Origin: the human T2T-CHM13v2.0 reference genome, Homo sapiens
DNA length: 64,000 nucleotides
Reading direction: 5' to 3' (one strand)
Assembly: GCF_009914755.1 (NCBI RefSeq)
Contig: NC_060940.1
Position 1 is the stretch's first letter; every line of letters begins with the position of its first letter. A model generated the notes under the pieces. That model had not been told where the DNA came from. It saw only the letters and a program-made list of their open reading frames with translations, and made no database searches. Below, one piece after another: positions 1-12,096 of this stretch. The position numbers and the translations under genes were made by a program.

Positions 1-574
1 TGGGCTATAAGGGGGAAAACGATGAGGCTTTCTCCTTCCCCACTCCTCTCTGGCAGACCCCCAGCACACAGCCCGATGCAGAGCCAAGAGGTCTGCCCCA
101 GGAAACAACCCAAAAAAACCAGAGTGAAGCCAGGCCCAAGACCCCACCCAAACTGACGTGGGACGAGGGACTGAAGTCCGATCGGTGTTGGACCCAAGAA
201 CCAGCACCTTAACCCATGCCTGACCCCCACTGCCTCCTTTCACCACGCAGGGTGGAGACTGAGAAGCCTGCAGCCGCCTCGTCCATCTTGCTAGGAGGCA
301 CAGAAGCCAAGGGAACAGCCACACAGGGGAAAGCTTGGAGAAAGGATGAGGAGGAGGCAGGGGAAGCTACAATCCTGGGTGGACACCCCTGAAGGACAGG
401 CAAATGCCCACCCACTCACAACATGCTAGACAAAAGGCCACTTTCGAGTTTTTAACATATGCCCACATCTATTCTCTCTATGCAGTCTCTCTGCAGAAGA
501 CAATATTGTCTCTAGTGTTTAGATGAGAGGTGAAGAATAAGCAAAGATACCTCTTACATCTCCATGAAGGCAAG

Positions 575-1110
575 GGCTATTTCCTTCACCCCTGTGTCCT
601 AAGCTTAGCCTAGCACTGTGCCAGGCACATAGTAGGTGCTTAATAAATGTTTCTTGAATGAACGAGTGAAAAGCAATTGTAGAATGCCTCTGTGAGTTCC
701 ACAAGGGCAAACATTATGATGTATTCACTTGCTTGGATGAGCCATAGAGTTCATGAATAAATGTGTGAATAAATAAAAAGAGTGATAGCTAACATTAAGT
801 GCTTATTACATGCCAAGCATTGTTCTGAGCACTTTAAATTGATTAACACATTTACTTCTCCCTCCGGCTTCCCCTTCCTACTTCCCTCCTTTCCATTCAT
901 CAAATATCTATTAAGCATCTTTATTCCCTATGCTAATAATAGGGGTCCACAGAAATGAGCAGGGTGTGGGAAGAACCCGTGAGTATGAGGTATATGCTAT
1001 CGTTAGTTCCATTTTACAGATGAGGAAACTGAGGCTAAGAGAATTAAGTTACCTGCCCAATGTCACACAGTAAGAAGGATGCATACGTGGGATTAGAACC
1101 CACAGTCAGG
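575..1110. mobile_element. L2 3' end and MIR fragments
   Basis: ggcacatagtaggtgcttaataaatg (L2); ccattttacagatgaggaaactgaggct (MIR core). Confidence 0.75.
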
Positions 1111-1169
1111 CTCCTGGTCCTGTCTTATGCGTGAATAAGGTTCAAAGGATGCTTATCAATGACCGTGGT

Positions 1170-1630
1170 GAAATGCTCCATGCTTTTCAGCCTGGCCAGC
1201 ATCTATCCCTGCATTCTGTAGACCAGCCCTGTCTTCCTTGAGCAAACACTCCCTACCCGCTATGTGATTCAGGTACTTCAAGCCTGGCCAAATAGCACTG
1301 CACCCTCCAGCCACAGTGATTGGCTTAAGGATGAATACATGACCAATCCAGGCCAATCAGAGTGAATCCTGAGACCTCATTACACTACAGGAAAGAGATG
1401 CTCTACCTCAGCAAGGAGGCTATGAGCTTGGGGCCACCGGAGGAAGGGGGATTAACTTGCCCTCTTTTAGGAAGAGCCTGGCAGAGAATGAAGCCAACAA
1501 AAACGAAAGCAGAGACAAGAACACTAGAGAGATGAACTCCTAAGGATCCGGCCAGGCCTGAAGGTTTATCCTTAAGCCAGTTTGAGATGCGACTCTATTC
1601 CTTGCAAATGAAAGATGCCTGCCCAATACT
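1170..1630 (+). mobile_element. Old MaLR LTR (MLT1K/L-like)
   Basis: Motifs ccacagtgattggc, catgaccaatccaggccaatcagag, gagaatgaagccaac and cttaagccagtttgag. Confidence 0.7.
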
Positions 1631-2808
1631 ATTATTGTTCAGTTCAACATCCTTCTCTTATAAATGAAAGCTCAGAGCAGGTCAGTAACTTAGTCAAGCT
1701 CATAGTCAGTGTCAATGCCAAGGCTAGAGCCAAGTCTCACGAAAACTCCTCTGCCAGTGCAACATTCTTCCTCAGTCTGTCTAACGAGGTTCTCCCCATG
1801 CCGTGATCATTTCTATGGACCCCTATTATTAACATAGGAAATAAGGATGCTTAATAGATACTTAGTGAATGGAAAGGAGGGAAGTAGGAAGGGGGAGCAG
1901 GAGGGAGAGGGAGGGAGACTGAATTCCCAGAGATCAAAACCTGTTCTTACTCAGCTTGGTATCACCAAGTGCCCAGCACAGGGCCTGCCATACAGAGACC
2001 CCTCTAAAAATAATCAGATGTGTGGCGGGCTGAATGCACAGAACAAAGCATGAGTCTTTGCTGTGCCAAGAGAAACAGAGAGGGTTCCATTAAATCCCCC
2101 AATTGCTAGGGGCACTAGCAGTAGAATTGGATTTGTAAAGCTACACACATGATTTTGTGCCTCCAGCCCTGAACACCTTTTTGGCCACATGGTAAAAACA
2201 TCCTGCCTCTGCTCATCTGCAAGCAGGGATTGGAAATCATGCCCCCCGCCCCTGTGCTCAGCTGCCTTCAGGGGATACCTTTTCTTTCCCATTCTTTATA
2301 CCCCCAGACTTCTAAGAGTCAAATCCCCTATGCCTTCCTCTCCTGCAACAGACACACCACACATAGAACTCCACTGGCCTCCAAGGGAAAGGAAGGGAGG
2401 CCCTGCCCTCCTCCATCCAGGAAGGGCTCTGATGCCCTCTGGCCAGGGCAGGCACCGCCAGCCACACTGAGGGTGGAGGATTACTCCTAACAGCATCTTG
2501 AGGTAGGGTAGGGAGAGCCTTGGGAAATACTTGTGAGCATTTCCAACACACAAAATAGGGTCTGGTTTCATGTGAAGAAATGTCTCTCTGCAACTAAGGG
2601 AAACCAGGCAAAATATGACCAAGCCTTACAAATACTTGTCCACCTAGTGAAGACGTGAGAGTGTGGTCCTCAGAGGCAGCCTCTGGCTCCCACATCCATA
2701 TTCCACTTACCCTGAGACCCACAGCCAGTCCCTTCCCCTCCCTGGGCTTCCATTCCCCAGTTCTGCACCGAGCAGCTCAGGCGAAGGATCCCTCAGCAAC
2801 CTTACAGG

Positions 2809-3424
2809 TTTTGGTTTTTGTTTTTGTTTCTGAGACATAGTCTCACTCTTGCCCAAGCTGGAGTGCGGTGGCGCGATCTGGGCTCACTGAAGCCTCTGCC
2901 TCACGGGTTCAAGTGATTCTTGTGCCTCAACCTCCCAAGTAGCTGGCATTATAGGTATGCACCACCATACCTGGCTTAATTTTTGTATTTTTATTTTATT
3001 TTATTTTGAGACAGAGTTTTGCTCTTGTTGCCCAGGCTGGAGTGCAATGGCACAATCTCGGCTCACCGCAACCTCCACCTCCCAGGTTCAAGTGATTCTC
3101 CTGCCTCAGCCTTCCCAAGTAGCTGGGATTATAGGCATGCGCCACCAAGCCCGGCTAATTTTGTATTTTTAGTAGAGATGGGGTTTCTCCATGTGGGTCA
3201 GGCTGGTCTCGAACTCCCAACCTCAGGTGATCCGCCCACCTCGGCCTCCCAAAGTGCTGGGATTACAGGCGTTAGCCACTGTACCCAGCAATTTTTGTAT
3301 TTTTAGTAGAAGCGGAGTTTCGCCATGTTGGCCAAGCTGGTATCCAACTCCCGACCTCAGGTGATCCACCCACCTCGGCCTCCCAAAGTGCCAGGATTAC
3401 AGGCGTGAGCCACCGCGCCAGGCC
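2809..3424 (-). mobile_element. Nested Alus: an AluS (about 2993-3289) inserted in the A-rich linker of another Alu
   Basis: Two right arms followed by two left arms. Inner TSD aatttttgtattttt at about 2978-2992 and 3290-3304; outer TSD ccttac(a/t)ggtttt. Confidence 0.9.
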
Positions 3425-3534
3425 CCTTACTGGTTTTTATTTTGTTTGTTCATAAAGCAAAAAGAGTACTCGCTCTGGAGCCTGGAGAGTGTGGACTGGA
3501 ATCCAGACTAGACAATTTAGTACAAGAAGGACAA

Positions 3535-3800
3535 CAGCTACTACTGAGTGCTTGCTCTGTGCCAGCCACACTCCAAGCTCTTGCATACATTATTCCAATG
3601 CATCCTCCCTACAACCCTGAGGTGGGTACTATTATTATCCCCATTTTATAGATGAGGAAACTGAGGCACAGAGACCTTCAGGAAATTCACCAGAGTCATA
3701 AAGTCTGCAAGTGCTAGGGCCAGACGTGTGATCTCAGATAGGTTTACTCAGCTTCTTTGACCCCAGTGGACTCATCCGTAAAATGGGAACCCATGCCCAA
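3535..3800. mobile_element. MIR fragments
   Basis: attattatccccattttatagatgaggaaactgaggcacagag. Confidence 0.8.
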
Positions 3801-5399
3801 CTCTCACTGTTACTGTGAGAACCCACAAAGGGAATGAAGGGAGAAGGCATGGAGCCCTGGAACTGTTCTTTTCCTTTCCTTCCTCTCGCTTGAATGACAA
3901 AGGTCTTCACGCCTGCTCCCCAGCCTCACAAAGCAGGTAGAAAAGTCATTGCGATGGTGGGGGGTGGGGTAGCAGGCTCAGAATTCAGTGACAGGCATCC
4001 TCATACATGGGGTATTATTATTGCTGTTATTATTGACATGAAAGGCTAGAAGGCTCTGATTTAAGTAATTGGGCCACACCAAGCTCTAGCTCCAAACAAA
4101 GAAAGTGAAACAAGGCTACCAGAGAAGGACCTCATACCAGGGGCTCCCCATGGTGCCAGATTCCAAAAACCTGACTCCATCAGCCCCGCTCTCAAGGTGT
4201 TTTTCTACCTCCAGTGGCTTTGGGAGAAGGAGGCCCAGGCCCGCCAGGCCTGGCTGGCCTCTCCCCTAGCCCCTTTGAAGTGCCCAGCATGGGGTGGGCT
4301 GGAAGGAAAACCCTGGGCCACAGAGGCTGTGACGGCACCTACCCACCCCCACCCGGCTACCTCCCCCTCATTGTGCAGCCTGACTGGGCCTTTGTTGCCA
4401 GAGTCCTGGCGGGGGACAGCCAGGGACCTGGCCTCATTAAGTGCCTGACCTCAGGCAAGCCCCCCCCACCCAGGGTGGAAGGTTAATGTGGCTGCCCGCC
4501 ATGCAGGCCTGGGCCTCCAGGAGGCTCCTCGAAGGGACAAAGGACCAGCCCCCTGTCTCCTCTCCAGGCCCCAAAACAGCTGCCAGCCTGCAGAGCGCTT
4601 TCAGGAGGGGGGCTGGCTTTGATGGCTCAGAAGTCACCAGGGGGGCCTCCTTTCCAAACCCTCCTTCCTCCCACCCTGTCAAGGAGACAAAGCTCACAGG
4701 GAATCGCCGGAGGGTTGACGCAGGAATGCAGTCCATCGTGGGGGAGGAGGCTGGCTGGTGACGGGCTGGCCCACACCTTTCTTCGACCTTCCAGAATTCC
4801 CCAGGGCTCAGGACCTTGCTTCCAAGCAAGACTCATTTCAGCCCTCACCAAGGTGGGATGGAGTAGACAGGACAAGTGGTCAGAATAAGTCAGAAGCCTC
4901 TCAGTCCCTAACCCACCAGGTCCTTCTGTCACCTGGTTTCTGGGTACAGAACTGATGTCACCTAACCAGAGATGGGCTGGGAGCAGAGCAGCTCCCAGAA
5001 AGAGAGAGAAGGCCAGGAATCCTGTGCAAGGGAACAAGCACATGATGTTTTTTAAAAGTCCCTCTGGCTTATCACATCACCTTCTAATAGGAGGGCTCAC
5101 TCCAAAATGCTAATTACCTACCAAGTAGGCTCCTGGAGTCCAAGCCAAGCACCAGGTAGAACCACCTAGAAGGCCATTCCTGATCAATTCCCTCATACAA
5201 TTTCCAGTTATTTGGAGGCCTGCGTCTCGTATGCCAGACTGACACGCAGGTTTACAGCACACTGATTTTAATTTCAAAAGACTCTAGGGAAATTTTTTGG
5301 AGTGTTTTATTTGCTTAAGATCCTGGAGCAAACACAGGGGCTCCCTGGGGCACAACAGGACTGGCCCAGGAAGCAGTACCCTGGACCGTGCAGTGGGAT

Positions 5400-7210
5400 G
5401 GGCAGGAGTGCCAGAGTTGTGCGTTCACGCGTGTTTCTGCAAGCAGGTGTGTCCCAGCGTGTGCACGTTGTCAGTGACACAACAAAAGGCCAGCTGAAAG
5501 CCTTACCTACGGTGCGGGCAGGCGGCATGAGCCCGCGGTGATGCGAATCAGCCTTAACCAGCCCATTGTTGGGGAGCAATGCCTTTCAAGGGACAAAAGG
5601 CAGAGGGGGCAGGAGGATACACGGGGAGAGGCGGGCACACCTGTCTGTGGCATGAACCACTGCCCCATTACGCCGCCTTTCCCCACAGCAGCATCTGGGG
5701 GTGCGTGTGTGTGTGTGTGCAGGGACCAGCCCGACTCCACATTGTCCTGCCCAGCCAGGAGATGGAGAGTGCAGCACTCTTACAAAGACATCGATTTTCT
5801 TCCTTCCCTTCCAGAGCAAGATCAGATGAGCTCCCGGAGTGACACGTCCTTAACTTTTCAGTGGGGTTTTCTTTTTCTGACTTGTTTGTTTGTAACATTT
5901 TTTTTTAAACCAGGTCTCTAATTGTGTCTTTTCTTGGCTGCATCTCCTTTGCTCCCGCCCCCCGAAGCAAGGAGGGCATGTGCTGATTATCTGAGTGTGC
6001 AGCCTGCTCACGGGGCATCCTGGGCTCTAAGAATGCCAGGGGGTTAGAAACTGGGGAGGGGTGGGGGAATTAATTGCCAAGAAAACACAAGGCTGTGCTG
6101 CGACTTTGATTCCATCAATTACCATTATCTTTCTCCGCAGGTCCGCCAACCATCCCCCGATCCGGCCGTGTTTAACTTTCTTTGCCAGTCGTGATACCCC
6201 GTCAGATTTCTGGCGCTGCCACGCCGCCCGCCTGGGCTCCTTCTGGGCTCTTATCAGCCTCTCCCAGTCAGTCTGGCCCGCCACAGCTGTTCCAGGCCCT
6301 CAGCCCCTCACTTTATCTGCTCGCACAGACCTCGGCCTGGCAAGCGGTGGGCCCGGCGCCTGCTCCACATTCCCCAGGAAGCCAGCTGGGAACACAGCCG
6401 CCCTGCTCCCGGACCCTCTGAGAGTTCATTACCAGCCAGGGTACCCCAGCCCGTCAGCCAAGGTGCGGGCCGCGCTGCCGAGCCCGGCCGCCGGAGCCGC
6501 CTGCATCATTAAAACTCCAACCTTCTGAAGAGAAGAAAGAACAAAACCACAAATTTAGATTAATAAAGCATTTGTTGATTCTACAGCAATTTAGCAGGCC
6601 TCTAAGAAACCCACCAGAGACCCGCGGAGCTCCAGTAATTTTCTGTTATATTATCTTTCTTGTAAAATACTTCCCCAGACAGAGTCCCCAAAGGGGCTCA
6701 AATATCACTGTGACTAACCAAAATCAATGTGCACTCACCTATTGACATTTTTACATAGTTTTTGGATTTAGTATCCAGCCGAAAACACAATCAACTCCTC
6801 TGCCAAGGAGCCGACAGGCACTTAGCTAGTCAGCTATTAGTGTTACAAAAGGAAAAATGGAAGCACCCAGGGGAGCTGGGCGAGGCGGCACTGACGTCAG
6901 GGGGTAATTGGGTGTCTGAGAGAAATTGCCAGCGGCTGGCCGGCTCCCCCGGGGGCCGCACAAAGCTGAGCTGTAACTCTAATAAAGGAAAGGAAATTCT
7001 AGAAAAGGGGGCTTTGCTACAAAGGAGCCCAGGCAGACGCCAAAAATAGCCCTTTGGAAATAAATAAATAAATGCGGCCAAAACATCTAGATCTAAAAAA
7101 TAAAATAAATCACTGCTCCACGGAAGCTTTCTGGCCTCGCCTCCCTGGACATCTGTTTGGGGGCGCAAAGGCTCCTCCCACACCGTCCCCCGCCCCCTGC
7201 CCCCGTTCTT
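5400..7210. promoter_or_regulatory. CpG-rich intragenic regulatory region (CpG-island-like; candidate enhancer or alternative promoter)
   Basis: Dense CpGs at 5420-5680, 6130-6510, 6870-6960 and 7130-7210. Perfect CRE CTGACGTCAG at 6891-6900, GC box CCCCGCCCC near 7187-7195, GCACCCAGGGGAG at 6863-6875. No repeats recognised. Confidence 0.6.
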
Positions 7211-7893
7211 CCCTGGAACCACATGGATTTTGATGCTGGAAGGAGGTTTGCCATCTGATTTGGCAAATAGTATGTGTTTTCAAAAGAATCTAAGTTTGTC
7301 ATGTCCTCTTTCCCAGAGGTGGTATCTTCATTGTTTACTTTGGGGCTCACAAGGAAAAGGAATTTCTATTGTCCGGCTTTTAGTTGTTTTGATGTTTTCA
7401 GTTTTGATTTGTTTATTTTTGAGTGCTCTTACCATGCCATCCCCACTGGATGAAAATTGAAGGGGCTCTGGCTGCCTGGTTCAGGCCTCCTTAGGAAAAG
7501 TCTGTGTTCTTGGGAAGTGGGCTAAATTTTTATCTTACGGCTCTTCCACCCACTGACCCTGAGGCCAAGTGAGGGCCAAAGTCTCCAAGAGGGAGGAGGA
7601 CAGAAAAATAGTGGACCCCACCCCACAGCAGCTCCCGAGCCAGGGCCCCAGGCCAGGATATCAGCCTCCCTGGGGAGTCTGCAGCCCTCAGAAGACAGGG
7701 GCGAGGGGCTGGGCTAGAAGCAGGGTTTCAAGGCCAAAGACCCTCTGAGACCCAGAGGCTGCCAGGAAATCCAGGCCTCCTTGATCAGGCAGAAGAGGGT
7801 GGCTTGGGGAAAGAGATGGCAAGAATGGGATTCCCAGGGTCAGATTCTATTTCATCGCTTTGAAAGAAAAAGGAAAAAGAGGCCCAGGATTTC

Positions 7894-7950
7894 AAAAAAA
7901 AAAAAAAAAAAAACAAGAAGAAGAAGAAGAAAAAAAGAAAAAGAAAAAAG
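7894..7950. repeat. Poly(A)/(GAA)n tract
   Basis: A run followed by GAA repeats; explains the lysine/arginine-rich spurious ORFs here. Confidence 0.9.
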
Positions 7951-8576
7951 CAGAATGCACTCCAACCCCAAGCTACTTGGAAATTGGTCGGAACAAAGGT
8001 CTTCAGCTAAAAATGTCAAATCAGCACCACAGGGCTCCCTGCCCTCTCCGTCTCCAAGCCCCTGCTGAAGCCCACAGGGCCTGCTGGGAGCAGAAAAGGC
8101 CCCTCCTGAGGTCTGCTCATGGCCCACAGCCCCACCCATCATGACACCCCAGGAGGCACAGGGCTTCCTGACTGGGGCGGAGGGGCAGCTGGAATACAGG
8201 GGGCCGTTCCTTTCCTGATGGAACATCCAGGATTGGCACTGGGGAGGAAAATCAGGCTGGAGAAAGGAAAGGGATCCTGCAACTCACAGCCCAGGGAGGG
8301 GAAGCAATGCTCAGGAACGCAGCCGCCAGCGCCCTGGCACCAAATCACAAACCTTGAATCAATGATGCAATTGCTTAATTAATCAGCCTGCTCGGGGTGG
8401 GTGCAGAGGATCTCTGTGAGCATCTGACCCAACCAGCTCCTGATGGGCAAACCCCCCTCCTTGGGCCCCCTCTGCTGGGCCCACGGGACCACAGATGGTT
8501 GAACACCGTCTGGGAGTCTCACCAAGGGGGGAAAATGTGAGTTCCTGAGTCCCCTGTGTGATCCAGTCACTCTGGC

Positions 8577-8659
8577 AGAAAGGAGGGAGGAGGCAGGAGA
8601 AAGGAGGAGGGAGGAGGGAAGAGGGAGGAGGGCAGAGGAGGGAGGAGAAGGGAGGAGGG
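8577..8659. repeat. (GGA)-rich polypurine tract
   Basis: About 80 nt of almost pure A/G. Confidence 0.85.
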
Positions 8660-9900
8660 TCTTATCAGCAACTTAGAATTTCTTGGCCTTGGCTGCTGTA
8701 AGTTAGCTCTCTCAATGTTATTTTCTTGTCCCAGTCAATGAGATTGTAATAGAAATAGAGAGGCCTCTTTTCAGCAAGCTAGTCAGTGCCAGATTTAGAA
8801 TGAAAAAAGGCAGCTTAAATTAACCCTAAGGCTTAACATGTTTAAGTCTTGTAACTTTTAAAAAAACAGAACCAAAGGTGAGTGTGCAGGTGATGGAGGC
8901 TGAGATGAGTCACACGTGGAAGCCGGTATATGCACGTGTGCGTGCATGCGCACGTGTGTGTGTAGGGTGGGGGACAGGAAGGCACCCCTCTGTCTTTTCA
9001 AGACTTCAGCAGCAAAATGCTTGCAAAAAAGTAGCAGCCAGCCTTGATATTTCCTACGCTGATGGCCCCAACCAGCGACGAGGATTTGAAACCAGTTCGC
9101 ACGGGAGATTGGACCATCTCCAAGGTTGATTTTCTCATCTTTAATGTGCAGAGGGGAGGTGAGAGGAGGAGAGGGGAGGGGAGGGGAGCAAGTGGGCCAA
9201 TATCTCAAACCGACCCCAAACGGTTAATGATAATGAGACGGCAGCGCGCTACAGGAGCTTAACAGCTCTAAGGAAGAGGGGAGACCCAGGAGAGGGGCAC
9301 GGCAGAGGTGTTTTCAATTACCAAAAAGAAAAATAATTTATTTTTAAACAATACCTCTTCGACACTGGGTGTTTAAAGAGAACATACTCTGGCCCCTAAA
9401 ATATCAAAGTGAGATTTAAAAATAGAAAAGTCATTTCCCCCCTTCCCCGTTGCAGATTTTACTGTAGCGTTCTAGAAGGCAGATTAAATGAAGGAAGCTC
9501 AAACACACTCAATTTTGTCCTTTAGCAAATTCTTCTCTTTCACTCTTGCATGAAGAAAAAAAATCTCCCCACAGAGTTTTTCTCTTCTTCCTGGTGTGGA
9601 TCTGGGCCCCTGCAGTGCCCTGTGTAATTTCCAGTTCCTCAGAATTCAGGTATTAATAAAGACCCCATGGGGACTTCCAACAATATAACCCTACATTTTG
9701 AGGCATTATGAAAGGAAACCCCCAGGGGTCTGTGGCTCAAATTTCTGAAATGTAGGCATTGTAAAAGGCACCCCAGGGGATGCCCGCAATAGAAATCTGC
9801 TGAATTCAAAGCATTTTGGAAGTCCTGGTGGGAGTCATTACTCCCACTGGAAGCTTTTTACAAAACATGTGTTGCTGACATGTTGACAGATTGCTCAGTG
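8660..9900. promoter_or_regulatory. Candidate conserved non-coding enhancer block
   Basis: Repeat-free, relatively AT-rich unique sequence with TAAT/ATTA motifs and three CCCC-N1/2-GGGG palindromes at 9661-9784. Conservation itself cannot be seen from one sequence. Confidence 0.45.
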
Positions 9901-10599
9901 AAGTGTTTAGGTGCATGCACAAGGCGGGCCTTTGGAGACGCTCACACTGCCAGCGAGTCTCTGAACGCTGGAACCGGTACCATCCATATTTCATAACAGG
10001 GGAGGCCAAGGCAGCCAGGGACGGGAGAAGTGTTCTCCAAATCAGCAGCGAGCCTCGCACCCCTCTGCCGAGGAGCCACTTCGAGTGGGCCAGCCCCATC
10101 CTCGCCTTTGGAAGCTGGTTTGTGCAGCACAGCTGTGACGGCCCTTGTATCCCTGCCGAGGGCTTTACTGAAGGAATCTTGAGGCGACCTCACTGATCAC
10201 TGCAAGGCGTCATGCCGATCAAATTGAGGAGGGGGCAGGGTGGAGGCGGGGGGCTGGCGGGCCCCTCACCTCCACCCCCAGCCCTCAAGGAGAGGCTGGA
10301 TGGCGGGAGGGGGTCAGAACAAGGGGCACGCTTGGTCTTGACAGCATTAAGCTCAAGAAAGTGATCTGTGACTTTAATAAGGCTGAGAGGCTCCGAGGAA
10401 TTAGCTGCCTAGGTGATGGGGGCCAGAGATGGATGGAAATGTATTCATGGCCTGGTGGGCCAAGGGCCAGGCTGGGGCCCTGGGGAGGCTGGCTCACCCA
10501 CAGCCCCACACGCTTCCAAGCTCTCATCTCCAAAGGAGTTTCTCGGCCACAGACCCATGTGTGCTGGAGGAGCGAGTGCCAAGCCAACCTGCCTGTGTG

Positions 10600-10600
10600 C

Positions 10601-10644
<44 letters not shown>
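10600..10644. repeat. (CA)n microsatellite
   Basis: About 22 CA units with one interruption. Confidence 0.97.
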
Positions 10645-10646
<2 letters not shown>

Positions 10647-12096
10647 CATGGCAGGATAAAGCACCATATGCTCATGTTCATAAAATTTTAAAGGTAAAAG
10701 CAGATGTAATTTGATAAATGTGTACATGTGTTGATACGAACACATGCACCAACACAGGCGCGCAGGCATGCACACGCCCGCATTCCAATGCTGGGCCCTC
10801 CTCCCTCCTGGGCTCTGCGGTTACCGCTAGAACCTCCCCACAGGTGCACCAGGACCAGAGAGGCGACCTGCTTAACCGTGTCATGGCCGCTGGAACACAC
10901 AAAGAAATCTCCTTTAGAAATTTCTTTCTTGAAAACATTTATTCTTTTTGAACTGTACTCTATCCATTACGTCAGCTTGGGGTTTTCCTTCATTGAATTT
11001 TTTTTAAAGCATGTGAAGGAGTAAAAATCATTTCTGACTTCAATTTAATTTTTAGGCACAACGGCATTTAGAGTCAGGGATGGGGTGGGGGTTTCCCAGG
11101 GCAGGGTGCCCATCCACCCAGCCCTACATTTTTCAGGGACTTTACCTGCAGGCTGGAAATTTACTCTGGATCTGGGACCAGAATCCTATCCTCAACCTGG
11201 TGGCCCTTCCTGTCTTTTTCCTCCTTTCAGGAGAAAATTACATTTCAATGGACAAATGGCTCTTCCTAGAGAAGGGTGCAAGATTCCACTCTCCCAAGGC
11301 CCCTCACAGACTTCTAGGGACAAAGGCTCCAGAGAGGCACCTAGCAGGGGAGCCCCATGGGGTCAGCCCAGGGAGGCCCAGCAAGGGTGGATCCGGCTCT
11401 GCTGACTTAATGGATTCCTTCCCACCAGCTGTCCTGGGTGAGAAGCTGCTAAGGCTTCTGGAGCTGGCTGGCTCCTAGGTCGCCCTAACTCGCTGGGCTG
11501 GCAGGGGTTGTTTATCTCCCAGCTCCTCTATGCCCCACCCTGGGTTCAATGCATCACCAGCTTGTGCCCAGCCCAGTGCCCGGCACATAAGAGATGAACA
11601 GGAGCCCTGTGGTGAGTGAAGAGGTGAGTGAAGCAACTGATGAGTGATGCGCCCAGGCCATAAATAAAAGCCATTTAAGTCTACCCCAGTAGACTCCATT
11701 CAGTGCAAGGGAGGAAGGGCAGGTTTCCCCTTCAGAGTGGACTTCAGAGAACCCTGTTCTTCAAAGAGGGCCTGGAGGCAGAAAGGGATGACTGAGCCCG
11801 GGTCTCAGGGATCCACTTTCCAGAGGGCAGTCTTAGCCCCTCTGGAACACCCTGGCTGTGCCATAGCCAGAGGGGGAACACAGGAGCAGGGGCATAAAGA
11901 ACTGAAAAGGAGAAGGGAAGAATCTTCGCTAGAACCCCCTTCTAGGGCATCTCAACTCCACTCCATGACACTCCACGAAAACTCCCACTAAGCATGCCAC
12001 ACCTATAACAGGAAATCCAGAGGTGACCTCCCTCCTCTGGGTCCCTCAGTCCTACCCACAGGGCTCTGACACCTTTCTCCTTGGATGACAGTAACC

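Noticed and set aside
6061-6528. 155-aa plus-strand ORF in the CpG-rich region
   Set aside because: GTG start, Pro/Ala-rich composition expected from GC-rich DNA, and no recognisable homology.
7781-8226. Lys/Arg-rich ORFs resembling nuclear localisation signals
   Set aside because: They arise from the poly(A)/(GAA)n tract.
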